DNA from: Nemertoderma westbladi
Lineage: Eukaryota; Animalia; Xenacoelomorpha
Length of the DNA stretch: 64,000 bases
Direction of reading: 5' to 3'
Assembly (NCBI GenBank): GCA_032718475.1
Contig: JAUCBJ010000087.1
Location: 6,961-70,960 of the forward strand
Positions within the stretch are counted from its first letter, which is position 1. Each line of letters begins with the position of its first letter. This document shows positions 63,698 to 64,000 of this stretch, in pieces. A program made the translations under genes and the position numbers. Below the pieces are notes generated by a model that was not told the origin of the DNA, searched no databases, and saw only the letters and a list, made by a program, of their open reading frames with translations.

Positions 63698-64000
63698 AAA
63701 AAATATAACATAAGTTGTAATTTAAAAATGAGGAGTAATAATAATTAATAATTATAAATAATATATTTAAATAATTACTATTAATTCATAAAATTGATCA
63801 TGTATCATTAGCATTAATATAATACTATACATATACACCATGACCCGTAATATAGTGTCATTTTCTGATGGCACGGGCCAAAAAAATTTTCTACAATCTT
63901 TATCCTATTGCTTGAAATTTGAAACACAACAAGTTCAACTCACCGTGGTTGTACCATGAAGGCGGAATTTTCGATTTCGCCTGTAAATTTTATTTCTAAG

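Overview
AT-rich, intron-containing animal genomic DNA, most likely from an invertebrate, dominated by transposable elements and their debris. One clear conserved host gene is present: menin (MEN1) on the minus strand, in only two coding exons (18051-17125 and 8617-7736, about 602 aa). Its single ~8.5 kb intron carries an opposite-strand gustatory-receptor-like (7tm_7/GRL) gene. That gene is interrupted by a ~340 bp inverted-repeat element which could be spliced out in frame, like an introner. Other notable structure includes an intact ~1.04 kb Merlin DNA transposon (27-bp TIRs, 8-bp TSD), a decayed cassette of an IS3/IS481-like DDE integrase flanked by two HECT E3-ligase ORFs, a minus-strand RTE-type LINE with a Merlin/ISXO2-like ORF ahead of its endonuclease (nested in a CR1/L2-type LINE), and a perfect head-to-head palindrome of tRNA-like sequence. 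Remnants of pogo, piggyBac, Gypsy, BEL, Crypton, Academ and Sola-like elements, many MITEs and several minisatellites fill the rest. All family calls come from motifs read by eye; no searches were run.
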